A DNA stretch of 64,000 nucleotides, taken from assembly GCF_963853765.1 (NCBI RefSeq), contig NC_088860.1, forward strand, positions 11,346,001 to 11,410,000, given 5' to 3'. The notes under the pieces were generated by a model. It was given only the letters and a program-made list of their open reading frames with translations. It ran no database searches and was not told the origin of the DNA. Below are positions 1 to 14,014 of this stretch, in pieces. Position numbers and translations under genes: made by a program. Source of the DNA: Magallana gigas (lineage: Eukaryota). How positions within the stretch are numbered: position 1 is the stretch's first letter; every line of letters begins with the position of its first letter.

Positions 1-684
1 TATCAAATATTAAACAATAAAAAATATTTATTTTCCTGCCAGGAAAGTAATGCCTCTTCGTGAATATCAATCTATCACGTGATATCGACAGCTAAATTTA
101 GTCTATCATACCAAAACTGGTGAAGGGTCAACATCTTCATAATTGTGATAGTTTCACAAAGGAAAGGATATTTTCAGTAAAGCATAAATTTGTCCGATAT
201 ACGAGTACAAACAAAAGAAAAAAATACAAGCCTGTGAGTAGATATGAATACTTCCTTTCAAAAAATGACGTAGACCTGTGTTTTTCCCCTATGTGCTATT
301 TATAGATCCTATAAGTGTTAATGCAGAAGTAAGGATATCGTGAATGACAAACGTATTTTACTCATTATACATGTATGTATTTCAAATAAACAACTGTTAA
401 GCATATCAACAATCAAGTTGGATATTTAATTAGGCAAACAATAACGACCACCTAGTTCTCCGCGGACATGCGCAGTGAGGTCGGTTTGCTCTTCCTTCAT
501 CAATATTCATGAAAAGGTATATTTTCCTGGCAGGAAAACAAACAATTAAAAATCTATATCTTTGTAACTAGATGGAATTCACCATTGTAATTTACAGATT
601 AAGGATAACTTTTATAAGTAGACAAACACATGCGTTTTCACTGTCATTCAAAATTGACGTAAGTTATAGCGTGTATAGCTTTAA
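1..684. mobile_element. Probable fragment of a TTAA-flanked non-autonomous DNA element, cut by the window edge
   Basis: Inverted pair TTTTCCTGCCAGGAAA (31-46) / TTTCCTGGCAGGAAAA (523-538), and an end ...TAGCT|TTAA at 681-684 resembling other TTAA elements here. The other terminus is not in the window. Confidence 0.4.
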
Positions 685-1431
685 CAATGATCTAGATTAT
701 GGATAAAATGCTATGTTGCTAAATATGGAATTCTCTATATGTCATTTATATGTTTTCAAAAAGACCGGTATCTTGCAATACCCGCCCCGGCATACAATTT
801 TACCCGTCAGGCTACTACACACCTCTGAAAAAAATCCGCATCAGCACATGTTGGACTTCATTCATATTATTGACGTAGATGAACGTCGTACAAAAAAAAA
901 TAACTAAAGAGTCTCATCAAATATGAATATATAAAAAACAAATAAAAATCCACAACAAACAATACTGAAAACTCCAGAGGTACCTTTGGACACAGATTTG
1001 TTCATATTTGATATAAAACAACATTAAAACATATAGCTTAAAGAATTTAATTTATGCGAGTTTATGCTCTCATTTCATTTACTGCGCCAATCCAATTTTG
1101 TCTTAACGCCTAAATGTTAAAATTTGTCAATTTGAGAATACTTAAGAAAAAAAAAAACACAGATGAAAATTTTTTTTCAAAATCTTTGCGCTGAGAAATG
1201 TATTAAAGAACAACAAGTAAGGCAAAATGTAAAAGAACGCAGTGACTTTGTGAAGAAAAAACATATGTGATTATTAACATGATACCAGTATCATCGGTGC
1301 CACTAGCACCGTAAATGTGATCTACAAGAGTACCATACTACATATACTATTTAAACATTGTACTCGTATATCAATGTCTAAAATAAGGTCGTGGAAAAGA
1401 TAATGTAGGAAAAAGGTCATTTAATTTTGGA

Positions 1432-1681
1432 TTAAATTCTTTCATAATTAAGCAGATTTGCCTGCTCAGACCAAGCTGGATACCGGGCTCCGTCCATTTC
1501 TCCAGCAAACTGGTTATCATCCCGCAGCCGATGGCTCGACCCACCTATTGTAGCACTACATTCTGGACACTTACTCTCCACCGTAGCTCCTCCACAATCC
1601 CCTATCATATATACATGACCTGAAATAATAATCTTAAGTTAATAATCATTGTTCGAATTTTTTCTGCGTATTAAAAAATAA

Positions 1682-1739
<58 letters not shown>

Positions 1740-4700
1740 ACCATTTGGGCATTTAAACCAACGTCCTTTACTCTCTGGCATTGCTCTAACAATTTCAATT
1801 CTTTCTTCTTCGGATACACCAAGTCCACTTGCAGGGAAATTCTTTTCTAAAGCTGCTAACACATTCTTCAAGTATTCCTTTTCGTCATCATTCAACTTTT
1901 TCCCTTTAGTAAGCATATTTTCAACTTTCTTCAGGTTTTCAAATTTGGTAACAGTTTGAACGCCACGTGATTCAAGTCTGTCAATGCATACGATATAGCG
2001 ACGAAAAAATTGAAGACGAACAATTTCATCCTCTGCATCTGCCAATTCCTGTTCAGTGAAATATTTTCTTGGGACAATAATCCACTTTCTGAATAATTTC
2101 AGGTCTTCGAGACATTTATCTTTGTTACGCATTTTCTGTCCCCAATCCTCTTCAATCTTATTGATCGCTTTCAAAAACTCGATTTGGTTTGTCATTGCCA
2201 CGAGTGTATTTTCATCTACAATTGTTTCAAACAACATATCAAATACCTTTCTAATAGCTTTTGCATCAGATTGATTCTTACTCGATAGAGTTCTGATTTG
2301 ATCGGGAATTTCATATCGCATTTTTTTTATTCGCTGTCGGTCTCCGATTATTTTTTTCTTTACATTTTCTATATCCAAAACAGTTTTTTTCACATCATTT
2401 CCGTATCTTAAGTTTTGGCGAATCGGCGTTTTACATCTGGGGCATTCGATTAATTTAACGGAGACATCTTTTCCATCTCCTTTACCAAAATTGTCAATGT
2501 AATGATCTAAACCTGTTACTTCAAATACATGACCACAATCTTCTAGCTCCACGAATCGTGCATTATCTTCCTCCTCAGTTCCAAAGAAAATTTCCTTTAC
2601 ATCGTCCCGGTTACATATACGACATTTTTTCGGACACGGTTCCCCACAGAGTCCAATGCATCTGTGGTTACATTTCAATAGCTTTAGGCAAGGTTTGTTA
2701 CATCGAGGACGATTGCATGGCTCAAAACATCTCTTTGTACACATATAATGCCTGCATGCCCAATTACATTTTTCAACACACTGAATGCAAGGTTCTCCAC
2801 AGGACCGCATACACCTGCTGTGTATACAACGATTTTCACATGGTTTCTTGCAGGATGGACATTTTGAACAATTATTTGGACAAATATGACCACAAACAAG
2901 AGTTCTGTTACATCTCTCTTTACATCCAACATGAAGTTTACCATTGAAACACTCTCCACAAGTACCTCTACATTGATGTTCGCAGGATAATTCTTTACCG
3001 CAAGGGTAGGTGCAAAATGCTGAATCTACGTTAAAACAAAGTATGTTTCCAACATGACCACATTTGAATTTTCTTCTTACTGGTTGCTTACAAATCTCGG
3101 TGTGACGTTCTCCACATATATTCTGACATGCATGGCCACACGGAAGGTATTTTGTACATTTCCCCATACATTTAACTTCGTGTGGTTGAGTTGAGCAAGG
3201 CACTTGTTGCGTATGTCTACATGGCAGCGTTTTTGCGACAGGTGTTAAACATTCACCACACTGCTGATAGCACATTTTATCACACCTGTGGTCTTTATTG
3301 TCACAGATGCGTTTCTGACAGGGTTTCCGACATTTAGCTTTTTTGTGACCGGGATCAATTACGTGACAAACAAGAGAACAAGTATGTCCACAAGGTAATC
3401 TGTATTCGCAGGGTTTCATGCATCCCCCCTCGGGGGCTTTTTTGAAATCTTCCGGCATAGTTGCATATATTCCATCATCGTTTGGATGATTTTGACAGTA
3501 AAGCTGTAATCCCTCTGCAAATAAATTTTCTTGTTTAGCATGTTTGACAACTTTTCTCCATAAATCGCTATTATCCGACATCAGGTTAAAATTTCCAATG
3601 ACATAAAACCCATGCTTAGCACGCGAGAGAGACACACACACTCGGTTTTCAATTTTTAGGAAACCTATTCTTCCTTCATCGTTACTTCTTACAAGCGACA
3701 GTAAGATAATGTCGTTTTCTTCTCCCTGAAAATTGTCAACGACTGTAATTTTGGTTCCACAAAATTCGTTTTTTGGCATAAGCTTCTTCAGTTGAAAAAG
3801 TTGACCAGAATATAGTGTTAGAATTGTGATTTGCTCTGCTTTATACCCTTGCAATTTTAAATACCGACAAAGAGCAACAATGTATTCGGCCTCATAAAGG
3901 TTTGAGTGACTTTTCTGCTCCACTTCGTTACTCTCTAGATAGTCGTGATGAATAAAGAAAAAGTTATGAGAAATTCCCTTTATATCTGGATATCTTCTTA
4001 CAATCTCGTGATCTTCCAATTCTGGGTAGATAATTCTCATCATCTTCGAGATTTCGGGTCGCATTCTATGCTGGTATTTTAAACAATCACACTCCATTCC
4101 ATTTTTCACCATTCTCTCGAACATGGATACATCAAGATTGTAGTCTTTTGCTAGTCTGTATACAGTTGGGTTAGGTTTTAGCTGTTTGTGATCACCTATC
4201 AAAATCAAATGTTCACAATCTTGACTCAACGTTGTGAGGATGTGCGCTTCTAATACCTCTGCTGCCTCCTCTACAACTACTACTTTCGGACCAATTTCTT
4301 GGAGCACAGACTGATATCTTGCAGCACCTGTTGTCGTCATTCCAATCACTGTTGCCAAACGCATGATCTGTTGATCCTCCTGCATCTGAATCTCTCTTAG
4401 ACGAGTCGCACTTTGTTCATACTCAGCTTCTTTACCACGAATCTGGTCTCTATATGAACAACAAAATTTATGAGTCCAATAACGATATAGACGCCATTTA
4501 TCTTTTTCAGTCAATCCCCATATGTCGTATTCCATTCTTTGGAGGTTTAAAAACTCCTGTTCCGTCATACGATTTGTAGATCTCAGTTCCTTTCGTAATT
4601 TAACTTTCATCTTTTTTTTCTGCTTTCTGTCAATTTGCCAACCCTCCCCTTGATCGTCTGCATTTTCAAATTCCGAAACATTGAGTGCAACTGCCTTTGC

Positions 4701-7700
4701 TTTGATTTGAACTCTTGAGAATGTTCTTTCGAGATCTACTGGGAGTCCATGATTGTCAGGAAAATCCAAATCAATATCATCTTCATCGTCAATTTGTCTC
4801 ATTTCAACCATTCGATCAACATCGTCTACGACGTCAACTTGTTCGACTTGCTCACCAGGTAACTCATCAATAAGGTCCCCGTCTTCATCGACATCTCGTC
4901 TTATTTGTTCTAGGGGAAATTCGACAACTCCATGTTCAATTTGCAAAATTGTTCCATAACCTAGCCATTCAACTATGGCCGATGATTTTTTTATTCTCTT
5001 TAGAGATATTTTCGGATTTTGAATTTGCACGTAATGCTCAACACCTTGAACAAGTTCATTATAATAATTTCCCATAAAAGGTTGTAAATAATCTTCATGA
5101 ATGATCTCCCTTTCCGCAAATTCTATTTTCTGTGCAGTATCGTTGATGACTTCTCTAATTTGTTTAAGCGCCCAATTGATTCGTCGAGCCTCTCTTGATA
5201 TATGTCTATCGATTTCTTTTGATTGCCTCATCTTCATGCGATAGGTACTAATGTTATATTGTTTTAGCACCTCACTACTGCTTCGACCTCCGACGCGCAA
5301 AATGTCACCATTGTAACATTCTATTATACCTTCTAAAAATTGGTCAAGAGCATGATTCGTGTAGCAGACAATCAACATCGGTTTATGTTCAACAGCACCA
5401 TTCAAATTAGTGTTCCAAACTTTGTAGTTGTGTAGCAAAGCCCTGACAATTTTCAGTCCAATATACGTTTTTCCGGTTCCAGGCGGACCCTGGGTTATAA
5501 CGAACTCATTTGTGAGAGCCCTCTGTACCGCCTTGTACTGTGAGCCATCAAGATTGAGCTGTGTTGCAGAGGGCCATTTTTCAAAATCCATAATCCTGAT
5601 ATTTGCACATTTAGCAGACAATGGACTGAAATTATAGTTGGGTTCATGCGAAATCGAAATGCCCACTTTTCTTAGCTTTTTCTCTCCCTGCAAGACAATA
5701 TCATCGTCCACAAGAGGACGGAGGTCATAGGTAATGTTCCTTCTTAGCAAGTACCTAGGGGGTTTTATTACATCTGTTTCACACCTGACAATATATTTCT
5801 CAAATGGAATTCGGCGCATGTTTTGAAGTCCATGCAACACGTGTTTATATGCTTCAAAGTAAGCCGTGGTCTCTGCCATAACAAACCGTGCATCTCTTGG
5901 GAGGGCTGCCATTTCTTCATGTGTTTTTTCAAATTTCAAGTCCACAATTCCGTTTGATATAAGCTTTACTTCCCTGTTTGAAACGCTCGCAAATAGCATT
6001 GTGCGAAAGCCATCTCTCGACAAGCAAACAAGTGATCCAAATATTAGGCGCTTGCTTGACTCCCAACGCACAAACTTCAGATTATCGACATCAAAGCAGA
6101 TCCTATAGGATAGTCCAGATTTGTCACATATAGGTGATATGATCTGTACATTCTTGTATATTCTCAGATCCTGCAGGCGTTTGACTTGGCCAGTGTTGTT
6201 CAAGGCTTCAATATATTCCTGAATACCATCGCGCAAAGGACTAATGAAATCCTCTCTCAGAAGACGAAATTGTATGTCTAAGTAGTGGTCCAGGTCCCTG
6301 TACCCTCCTTTTTCTTTATTTCGTCGAAGAAAGGGATTGTGGTCCACTCCTGCTGCCACATCGACGCTCTGTGGAAACACATTGATATCTCTGAAATCAT
6401 TGTCTGGCTCCCGTTCGTCATCTCTCTCCATTCTCCGTTCACGATTTTGCTTTCTTGGTTTTTGTTTCATAATTCCCTCCTTGATTTCCTTGCATGTTTT
6501 AAATTCTTGTTCTAAACTTCTATCTAGCAATTGGCGACTTTTTAATTTGTTTATAACGAGTTCAATGGTAACAAAAAGTCCAAAAAGAGTTGAACTGTGT
6601 GGCAGATTTTGACCTAAGGCGATAAACAACGTTATAGCATCCTCAACGGATTCCTGGTATTCCATTATTTCATAGTCATTTTCAACTATGCCATGCAAAA
6701 ATTCCAATAGATTACATTTAGGAAAACGTGAATTTTCTATTGTAGTTAAAAGTATTATGGTGCCTTGGCGTTGTGATTCGCATTCCAATGCTTTTGCGAT
6801 ACATCTAAGAATCAAAGCCGTCATGTTTGAATCGTGACTTTCGTCTTCAAGGGCTTCTTTGAATCGAGTTTCTGGTGAACTCAAAGTCGTTAAAACCTCA
6901 TTTGCGTGTTTTGTTTTTAGTTCTTGCAGGCGACGAAACCCACATCTCAGCTTCCAGGAACCCATTGGGCGCCCCTCAATTTTCGCTGTTGCTCCCCCGG
7001 GTCTACGTCCTCGACCGCCAGATCCCCATCTTCCTTCTCGTCTAAAAAAGAAATAATAAACTCTTATTAATACCGTTACTTAAAGGGACATGGTGACGCA
7101 CAAACCAATGATTTAGCAAATATCGAATTTTTATACGATTTCCACATATTTTATATTACAACTTTCACGGTAATCAAAAGTATATAAATCAATTACATGT
7201 TAAAGGAGAAAAGTAGAATTAAGCGTTGGGCAAACACATAAATAACGAGTATTTCTTCCGCTTCATAGCCACGCAAGCGCAGGGGAATGTAAACACTGCT
7301 GCGTGGCATACATCATGAGCCAGAAACCTCTCATTGAAACATGATGTTTTCAAGAACTATATATTTATTAAGATGCATTCTTTTTTAATGCATATTCCTT
7401 ACCACAGCCATCGAATAGCTTCAAACTCAAATTCTTTTTTCAGTTTGTCAAACCAAATGTAGCTATTTTTAGACAGAAATGGCAATCATGTGACACTAAG
7501 CCAATGTCCTAAACAACTCGGATTGTTAACATGTGCATTTCGGATAAGTTTTAATTACTTGTAAATTGATAGGTGATGGCTCATGGTGCGTGAAACCTTC
7601 CATATGATGAAATTTCAAGTAGCTCTTTTTATTTCCGTTGTCATATTCAAAAAGTAAAACATCTATTTTAAGTCACCGTGCCACTTTAAAATATAATTCT

Positions 7701-10700
7701 GTTTTGTATACTAGTATATGAAAATAATGTTAAGTTATATACAAAGACAATGCTTCAATAAGCAGGAGTTACCTGTCTTGGTAATTAGAATCATAGAAAA
7801 TATTCTATATGGTATGTGATAACTCTGATCAAAGCAGGTAACTCTAATCAAAACCGCTTTGTAAAGTCAATTACAAATATTGAAGGCAATGTTATTTCTA
7901 GATTCTTTTATACTTACGGGGGATGTGCGGCCTTTTGTACATTTGAGGATAAGAATGTAAACATTTCTTAAACTTGCTTGTTTCTGCCCGAAACTGGCCA
8001 AAAATGTTGCCAAAAGATAAAAGCAATAAATTTATATGAAGTCCTTTATGCCATTTTGTTTTAAAAGTATGCATACAAGAACAAGAAAATGCCTTTTTAA
8101 TCACTCAGAACAGCTGTGGCAGTGCGCAACTATAGACTTATTTTGAGGATTTAAAAATCTAAAAAAAAAAATATGAACGGGGTTCATTGGTATCCTCTCT
8201 ATAACCATTTGTGGAGGAAAAAGTTTGAATTTTGCTAATTTAAGTTGAAAAGGTTTACATTCTCTTCCTCAAATTTACAAGATGGCCGCACATCCCCCTT
8301 CATTATATTTAAAACTGTAGCGATGCAGCTCTAAATAACAATATTTTGAAAGATTTTTACCCACACTGTTCCTTTCCTCTTCTGAGATCCATTATAAGTT
8401 TAGTGAGGAACCCCTCCTTAAACTTATAATGGTTTAAACAACAAACGAAACGATATTCCTATATTAAACTTTGAATATCTCGTTGGGGTCACAACTATGA
8501 TCCAATTGTCCCAATTTAAATCTATTTTCAATAAATACATCAATAAATAAATTCTCCTATTCTGGGGCCTTGAGATTTTACAGGTATTTTACTTGATTAT
8601 TAAGAATCAACGCTTCAGTACATTATTTTAAACTCATGTTTTAATGACTTAGCCTTATTCTACTTTTGCCAACCATTAATGAGGACAGATGAGAGAAGAT
8701 ATTACATGATGATAAACACTATTTATGATATGGGCCTAAAATGGCCCCCTTAAATGAACATCGTCATATGCATTTTACTTTAATTCTTTGTTTTCTTTGT
8801 ACAGATATGTATGTGATATTTTTACATAATGTTCATTTTGATTCAAGCGCCCACAATTTAGAAATATGACATCATAAAGACAACCTTTTCCCGCCATTTT
8901 TGCATAAAACAGCTTGATTTCAAGCAGTTTTTCTTTCAGAAAACATAGAGCGCATGCTTGAACAAACAAAATATTTTAATCAGAAATGTATCTAGCCAAG
9001 ATTAATAAGTGACAATTTTTTTTTCTTTGTTCAAACATACGCTCTATATTTTCCATTCGTAAAAAGATAAGAAAATGTGAATTTTTGACTTTTTTTGATT
9101 GAATTATAGAAATAGCGTCATTTCTAACGTCATATACTGTAAGTGAGTGCAAATAAATAGGTGAAAAATATTTTTTATATCAACTCTTCTAAACAATAAT
9201 ATAACATTTTAATGTACCCGATACACTTTATAAGAATTATGGGGCCAAATTTAACTCATATCATATATAGTTCTTTCAATGCAAACAGCTCTCTGCAAAC
9301 AGCTATGCATTGATAAAACTAATGTTCATCATTCGCCAAAAGTAACAAATTGTCAAATAACTTTTTTTTCAGATTATAATGTTTTAATGTTTACAATGCT
9401 TTAGTAAGTCCTATGTAACCAAAAACAGGACACGATCCTTGTTTATATGACAAAGAATCGTGAACCCTGTATCTTGCTTAATAACTAAAAAAATCAATTT
9501 TCATTTGATCACTAGAAATGCACTCCTTAAGGTTTTTAAATTTAAAAAAATTGAATTTGACCAAAAATCATGACCACGCCCCTATAAGTGTTGACAGAAC
9601 AAACTGCTCCTCAAAATTTTTGATTGAGAATGCAAAAAATAAAGAAATTTAAATCTATACATGTATAGGAAAAGTCTAATATCTTCTTTTGAATTGTCTG
9701 TTAATTTTGCAAAAGAGGCTGTTGGATTTGTTTTAAGTCGGTCTGTTTCGTATTTTAGTTTGTTTTAAAAATTAGTTGTCCGTTTTGCATCAACGTCTTT
9801 TTTACCCTTTCCGCCGCCCATATACATGTATTACGTAAAATTATAAATATATATGAATGCATATAGATTACACAGTGTATAGTGAGGGCAAATTAGGGAT
9901 GATATTAGCTCCTAAAGATCTTGTAACGAACGTTGCAATGACCAAAGAGAAACTTGAAAAAAAAAATACTGCGCGCAAAATCACTCGTGCCTGACGAAAC
10001 TGCTAAGAATATATTAATTAAGAATCTCTAAAATGTCGTAACATCTGTTGATCATCTTTGCATTTATATTAATCAATAATTGTGGACATTTTAAAAGATA
10101 AGACAAATGGAAAAGGGAAAAAATATAATCAAATACCGTATATTCACCAATTATCTATAAATATATTAGCTTTATATAACCTGTGTATACATTACCTTCC
10201 ATACATAACGTTTATCGATCGCTACAATAAAAAAAAATCACCGGTTAAGTGTCAAACGCTTATTGTTATTAGCGTATTTAAACAAACATGGATGCTTCCA
10301 TAGTGACAACTTACGTTATAACTTACTTGGAAAACATATCAAAAGAGAAAACAAAAGTCAATTTCTTTGAAAATGATTAATAGGAATTTTAATGTTATTT
10401 CAATTTAATCAAAATGGTCACGTTACTAAAAAGTACTAATGTAATGCTTATTTTATGTACAGATTATTTAATTTTTGTATGCAAAATAATACAATGAGTT
10501 TTGATAATATATGTCATCAGTTTTACGCTATTGATAAATACATAAATGTATCATAATTAATTGTGTTATTAAACATTATAGTCATTAATTTTGTTATTAA
10601 TTAAACAGTATTAAAGAGCAAAATCTTAAACAAAAGAATATAATTCCAAGGTACTCTGATTCAGCCTATATCATCAACTATCTTCAATAATGTGCAGTTT

Positions 10701-10768
10701 TCCTTGGCTTTTTAATTCATAAACCAATTAATGTAGAAATTTAAGGATGTTCTTACGTACCTGATCAT
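1432..10768 (-). CDS. ZNFX1: NFX1-type zinc finger-containing protein 1 (SF1 RNA helicase + NFX1 zinc fingers + RING-like + RZ finger), copy A, ~1831 aa
   Basis: Exons (minus): 10768-10761 (predicted: GCC ATG ATC AG|gtacgt, phase 2), 7041-1742 (tttttag|A CGA ... CCA AAT G|gtaagt), 1619-1432 (tttcag|GT CAT GTA ... ATT TAA). Phases join in frame. Motifs: GPPGTGKT (helicase motif I), VEEAAE (motif II), LIGDHKQL, VDNFQGEE, RVCVSLSRAK, many CxHxC NFX1 fingers, terminal CPNGHVYMIGDCGGA..CPEC..IGGSSH RZ finger. The short first exon is less certain than the other two. Confidence 0.95.
1687..1734. repeat. (CT)n microsatellite in the last intron of ZNFX1 copy A
   Basis: Perfect CT run next to the donor at 1741. 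It produces the artefactual ERERER tail in the ORF track. Confidence 0.98.
7084..7685. mobile_element. ~600-bp TTAA-flanked MITE (Kolobok-like) immediately upstream of the large exon of ZNFX1 copy A
   Basis: TTAA|AGGGACATGGTGAC ... GTCACCGTGCCACT|TTAA: 14-bp imperfect TIR with TTAA at 7080-7083 and 7686-7689. Confidence 0.75.
9355..9585 (+). mobile_element. Internally deleted relative of the 62047-62542 element
   Basis: Shares ctatgtaa.caaaaacagg.cacga..cttgttta.at.acaaagaat.gtga..ctgtatcttg and gaatttgac.aaaaatc.tgacca.gccc with the right part of the 62-kb element. Confidence 0.7.
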
Positions 10769-10826
10769 GGCTGAGACTTTAATACAACTTGAACATTCTT
10801 CCCTCCGATTTCCCTGTTCACTATAA

Positions 10827-10869
10827 TGACGTCACAGAAAATTTCCATAAATATTTCTTGTTTCGTTTT
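10827..10869 (-). promoter_or_regulatory. Putative inducible promoter cassette of ZNFX1 copy A: CRE palindrome, Rel/kB-like site, IRF/ISRE-like GAAA repeat
   Basis: TGACGTCA 10827-10834; GGAAATTTTC (minus) 10837-10846; AAAACGAAACAAGAAA (minus) 10854-10869. The CRE starts 67 bp from a GT donor at 10760. The same arrangement recurs upstream of copy B. Confidence 0.65.
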
Positions 10870-11093
10870 GCTTCATTGTAATTCCTATTTTCGTTATTTT
10901 TAATTAATTGGTGTGGTCAATACTCTAAGCTCTAAACAATTAATTTAAGTATGTTCAAATAGCACTTGTCTTCATAATGAATTTACACATAATGAAATTA
11001 TATAGGGAATTTAACTTAAATTACAAAAGATCGACCCGTCCATAAATTGCAATCATTTTGATATTGCAATACATTAGGCATGAAATGCCAACC

Positions 11094-14014
11094 TAGCTGC
11101 AATAATGTAGCCCTCTCCGTTTTTTCTTTATATATGATGTTTACTGGAGAGGGCTACAATTCCATTAGAATCTCCGTAATGGTGCAAAATTAATTTTTTT
11201 AATGCAGCTGACTTCGGTCTGAAAAGATCGATTTTATACTTGACTTCCGTTTAGATAAAATGATTTTTAAATCAGGTTTAACAAACTAACCGTATATAAA
11301 TCAAACCCAGATAAAACACATTTACCAGCCGTCTTTTTTAGCAGCCAGTTCTCGCGTGATTTTATGAGATTTACGGCCGGAGTTTTGATGGGCTTGATAA
11401 CGTGAATATTAGTGTAAATAATCGATCTTACCTCGTTCTATCACTAACACATCATTTAAGGAAATGGTATATAATGGAAAATTCATATTTACCGCGTTAA
11501 TTCTGTTTAAAATAGGGGAAATCCTATATTCAGTTCAAGATCCGCTCCTGAATTCTCATTGGCTGTCCCAAAATAAAACTGGTCAAGGTCAGTAAACATG
11601 GCGGACAAATTCAACTTGCGTTGTTGACATACATGAAAAATAACCGATATGTGGACTATACTTGATATTTTTGGATTAATTTATGCCATAGAAAGCTACA
11701 ATGTTTGAGTTCAGGTAAGAAATGCAAATGATATTACGGGCCGCCAAGAGGCGGTCCGTTATTTGATACACATTTAAATATTGTAACTGCGATTCTGCGG
11801 GATAGTTTTTTGTTTTAAAGAATTAATATTATGCTCATTTTTATCAATTAAAATTAAATTTGCATGTAGAAATATGTTTTATGCCTTTTTAAAAATATTA
11901 TATATTTTTTGGTTTGCTCGTAAATGAAAAGTTGGTCATAGACTGTCGTATTAGACGCGTTTTTATCGAGACTATGTCACCCCTGCGAATGTGTTCGGGA
12001 TGTTTTCTTTATCGTTGCTAAGTATATAATAAATTCAGAGGTGCTCGAATGAAAGTTCACGAGACTTCACCGATATTTGTTCAGTTCCTGTGAAATTTCG
12101 AGCGGAAGTAAATGTGTTCGGATAATATTCTCAAAACACGCAAGAACTGATCGTTTTTCGTATCATATCCTACTTTGATTTATGTTAAAACATGAAAATC
12201 ATTTTTAATGTATGTTTTATTTTACAATCTAGCGGTTTTTAAATTAAACGATGATATTCAGAACAGAGTTATCATTCGTGTTCAATCACGTGTGGAGTGG
12301 TTGAAAATATAAACATTGGGTTGCTTAATAAAATCATAGCCATATTTGATGCTTGTTGTGTGCAATACCAGGTTTTTAAAAAAATGATGGGTGTCTGTTT
12401 TACATAAAAACTTAGTATATCGAGCCATTTTCACGGAACATTCTGCATAAAATAGTATACAGCAAAACTCGGTTATAACGAAGTCACTGTGACCTAAGAA
12501 ATTACTTCGTTATATCCGTAATTCGTTATAACCGTATAGGAAATTCATTAAATTTACATAGCTGGGGATCCAAGATGACTTCGCTATATCTGTGAATTCG
12601 CAATATCCGTGTTCGTTCTAAACGAGATTTACTGTAGTCTGTTTCACTATTGATGCTATTACTAGGTCAGGCGCGGATCGAAAATAAACCCTTAGGGGGG
12701 ATCTCTACTAGGCATATTGCAATTGTTGCAACAGCAGAAAAAACTATTTTTTGTATTGTTACATTTATTTCTAAAACACATTTTATCCACCAATTAATGA
12801 AGATAAAGTTTAAAATCAATAAACGTTTAGATTTTATATTTGTCTACAAGTACCTAGATTCTATGAAATAGACTACAAACATAGGGCACGATTTTTTCTG
12901 CGAAACTGAAAGGGTCAAATATAACCACGTGGTCTAAAATTTAAATGACAATAACATTCGCAGGAGTGTATGTTACATTTGGAAAATTTCGGAGTTTTCC
13001 ATTGTATCGGGATTGGTATACGGGACATACTAAAGACCTGAAATACTAAAGACCTGAATGACATGAATTTTTATATAAATGATGTATTTGAATTTCTATG
13101 TGCTGCGTCAAATAAAATGACTTTGTGTGTGAATTTATTATATTGCCTTGTGCTTTGTGGTAGAAAATTATCATGAAATGACGTACATATCATTTTTTTA
13201 CGCAAAAATATGAAAAAACTGAAAAATTAAATGGACCTGAAAAATTGAGCTAACCTGATTTATTTTTAATTCTTTTGAAATTCATTATCGTAATGATTAT
13301 CTTCATAAACTGTAGTGTAGATAGGATTTATAATTCCATTTAGAAAAAAAAATTATCCGGCTTACTTTTTACCTTTAAAATTGTGCAGATTCTACCGGAT
13401 GAGCATAATCTTACATGTAGCTTTACAATTAATCCATTTCTATTTTAATATGTGGTCCCTTGAAATTATATAAACTAATGCATTAAGTTTTAATTCAATA
13501 CAATGCAGCAAAAAAATCAAGATGGTTTGAAATATATAATCTCCAAGAGAATAATGATGACTTAAAATTTGCATTAAAATTGTGTTCTCCATTAGTTCAT
13601 ACTATAGCAATGATCATACAATTACCGTTAGGTATGCTTACAGTAACGAACTCTATTCTTAATAATAGTTAATGTTAAAATTCAAAACGAGTTGCGGAAA
13701 ATATAGTAATTAAAAAAATTAAAATCTACCATTAAAATTAGTACAACCAACTCGTTATTTTCTTCTTTGTGGTGCGTTTTTATGTAAACAACCAATGATG
13801 ATTCATACAACAATTATATTTTTGCAGCCCATTTGACACTTGCGTCAATATGATTTCTTGTTGTCTTTTATATACAATTTGAACCGAAATCGTTGCGAGA
13901 GTAAATCACTCCCGCACTTGCACCATTACGGAGATCCTATGGAGTTGTAGCCACCCCCCCCCCAAAAAAAAAAAAAAACCAAAAAACCGAGAGAGGGCTA
14001 TATTATTGCAGCTA
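11094..14014. mobile_element. 2.9-kb non-autonomous TIR DNA transposon with 9-bp TSD (Mutator/MULE-like by TSD length)
   Basis: TIRs TAGCTGCAATAATGTAGCCCTCTC (11094-11117) and GAGAGGGCTATATTATTGCAGCTA (13991-14014), 1 mismatch. TSD ATGCCAACC at 11085-11093 and 14015-14023. Inner inverted repeat around 11152-11187 / 13917-13952. No transposase ORF seen. Confidence 0.9.
12460..12634. mobile_element. ~175-bp TA-flanked MITE (Tc1/mariner-like) nested inside the 2.9-kb element
   Basis: TA|CAGCAAAACTCGGTTATAACGAA ... TTCGTTCTAAACGAGATTTACTG|TA, imperfect 23-bp TIR. Confidence 0.75.

Noticed and set aside
1646-1828. 60-aa ORF and ERERER tail on the ZNFX1-A ORF
   Set aside because: Read-through of the donor at 1741 into a (CT)n microsatellite. 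The real frame splices to the RZ-finger exon.
2056-7056. Many short antisense or alternate-frame ORFs over ZNFX1-A (and likewise 19377-23890 over ZNFX1-B, 49509-50400 over the TRIM-like gene, 55218-59298 over SAP130)
   Set aside because: Shadows of the real coding frames, with no independent motifs or splice support.
8640-9260. Probable interspersed repeat in ZNFX1-A intron 1; also G-rich MITE-like pieces near 25420-25570 and 61375-61565
   Set aside because: They look repeat-like, but I could not define TIR/TSD boundaries from this window.
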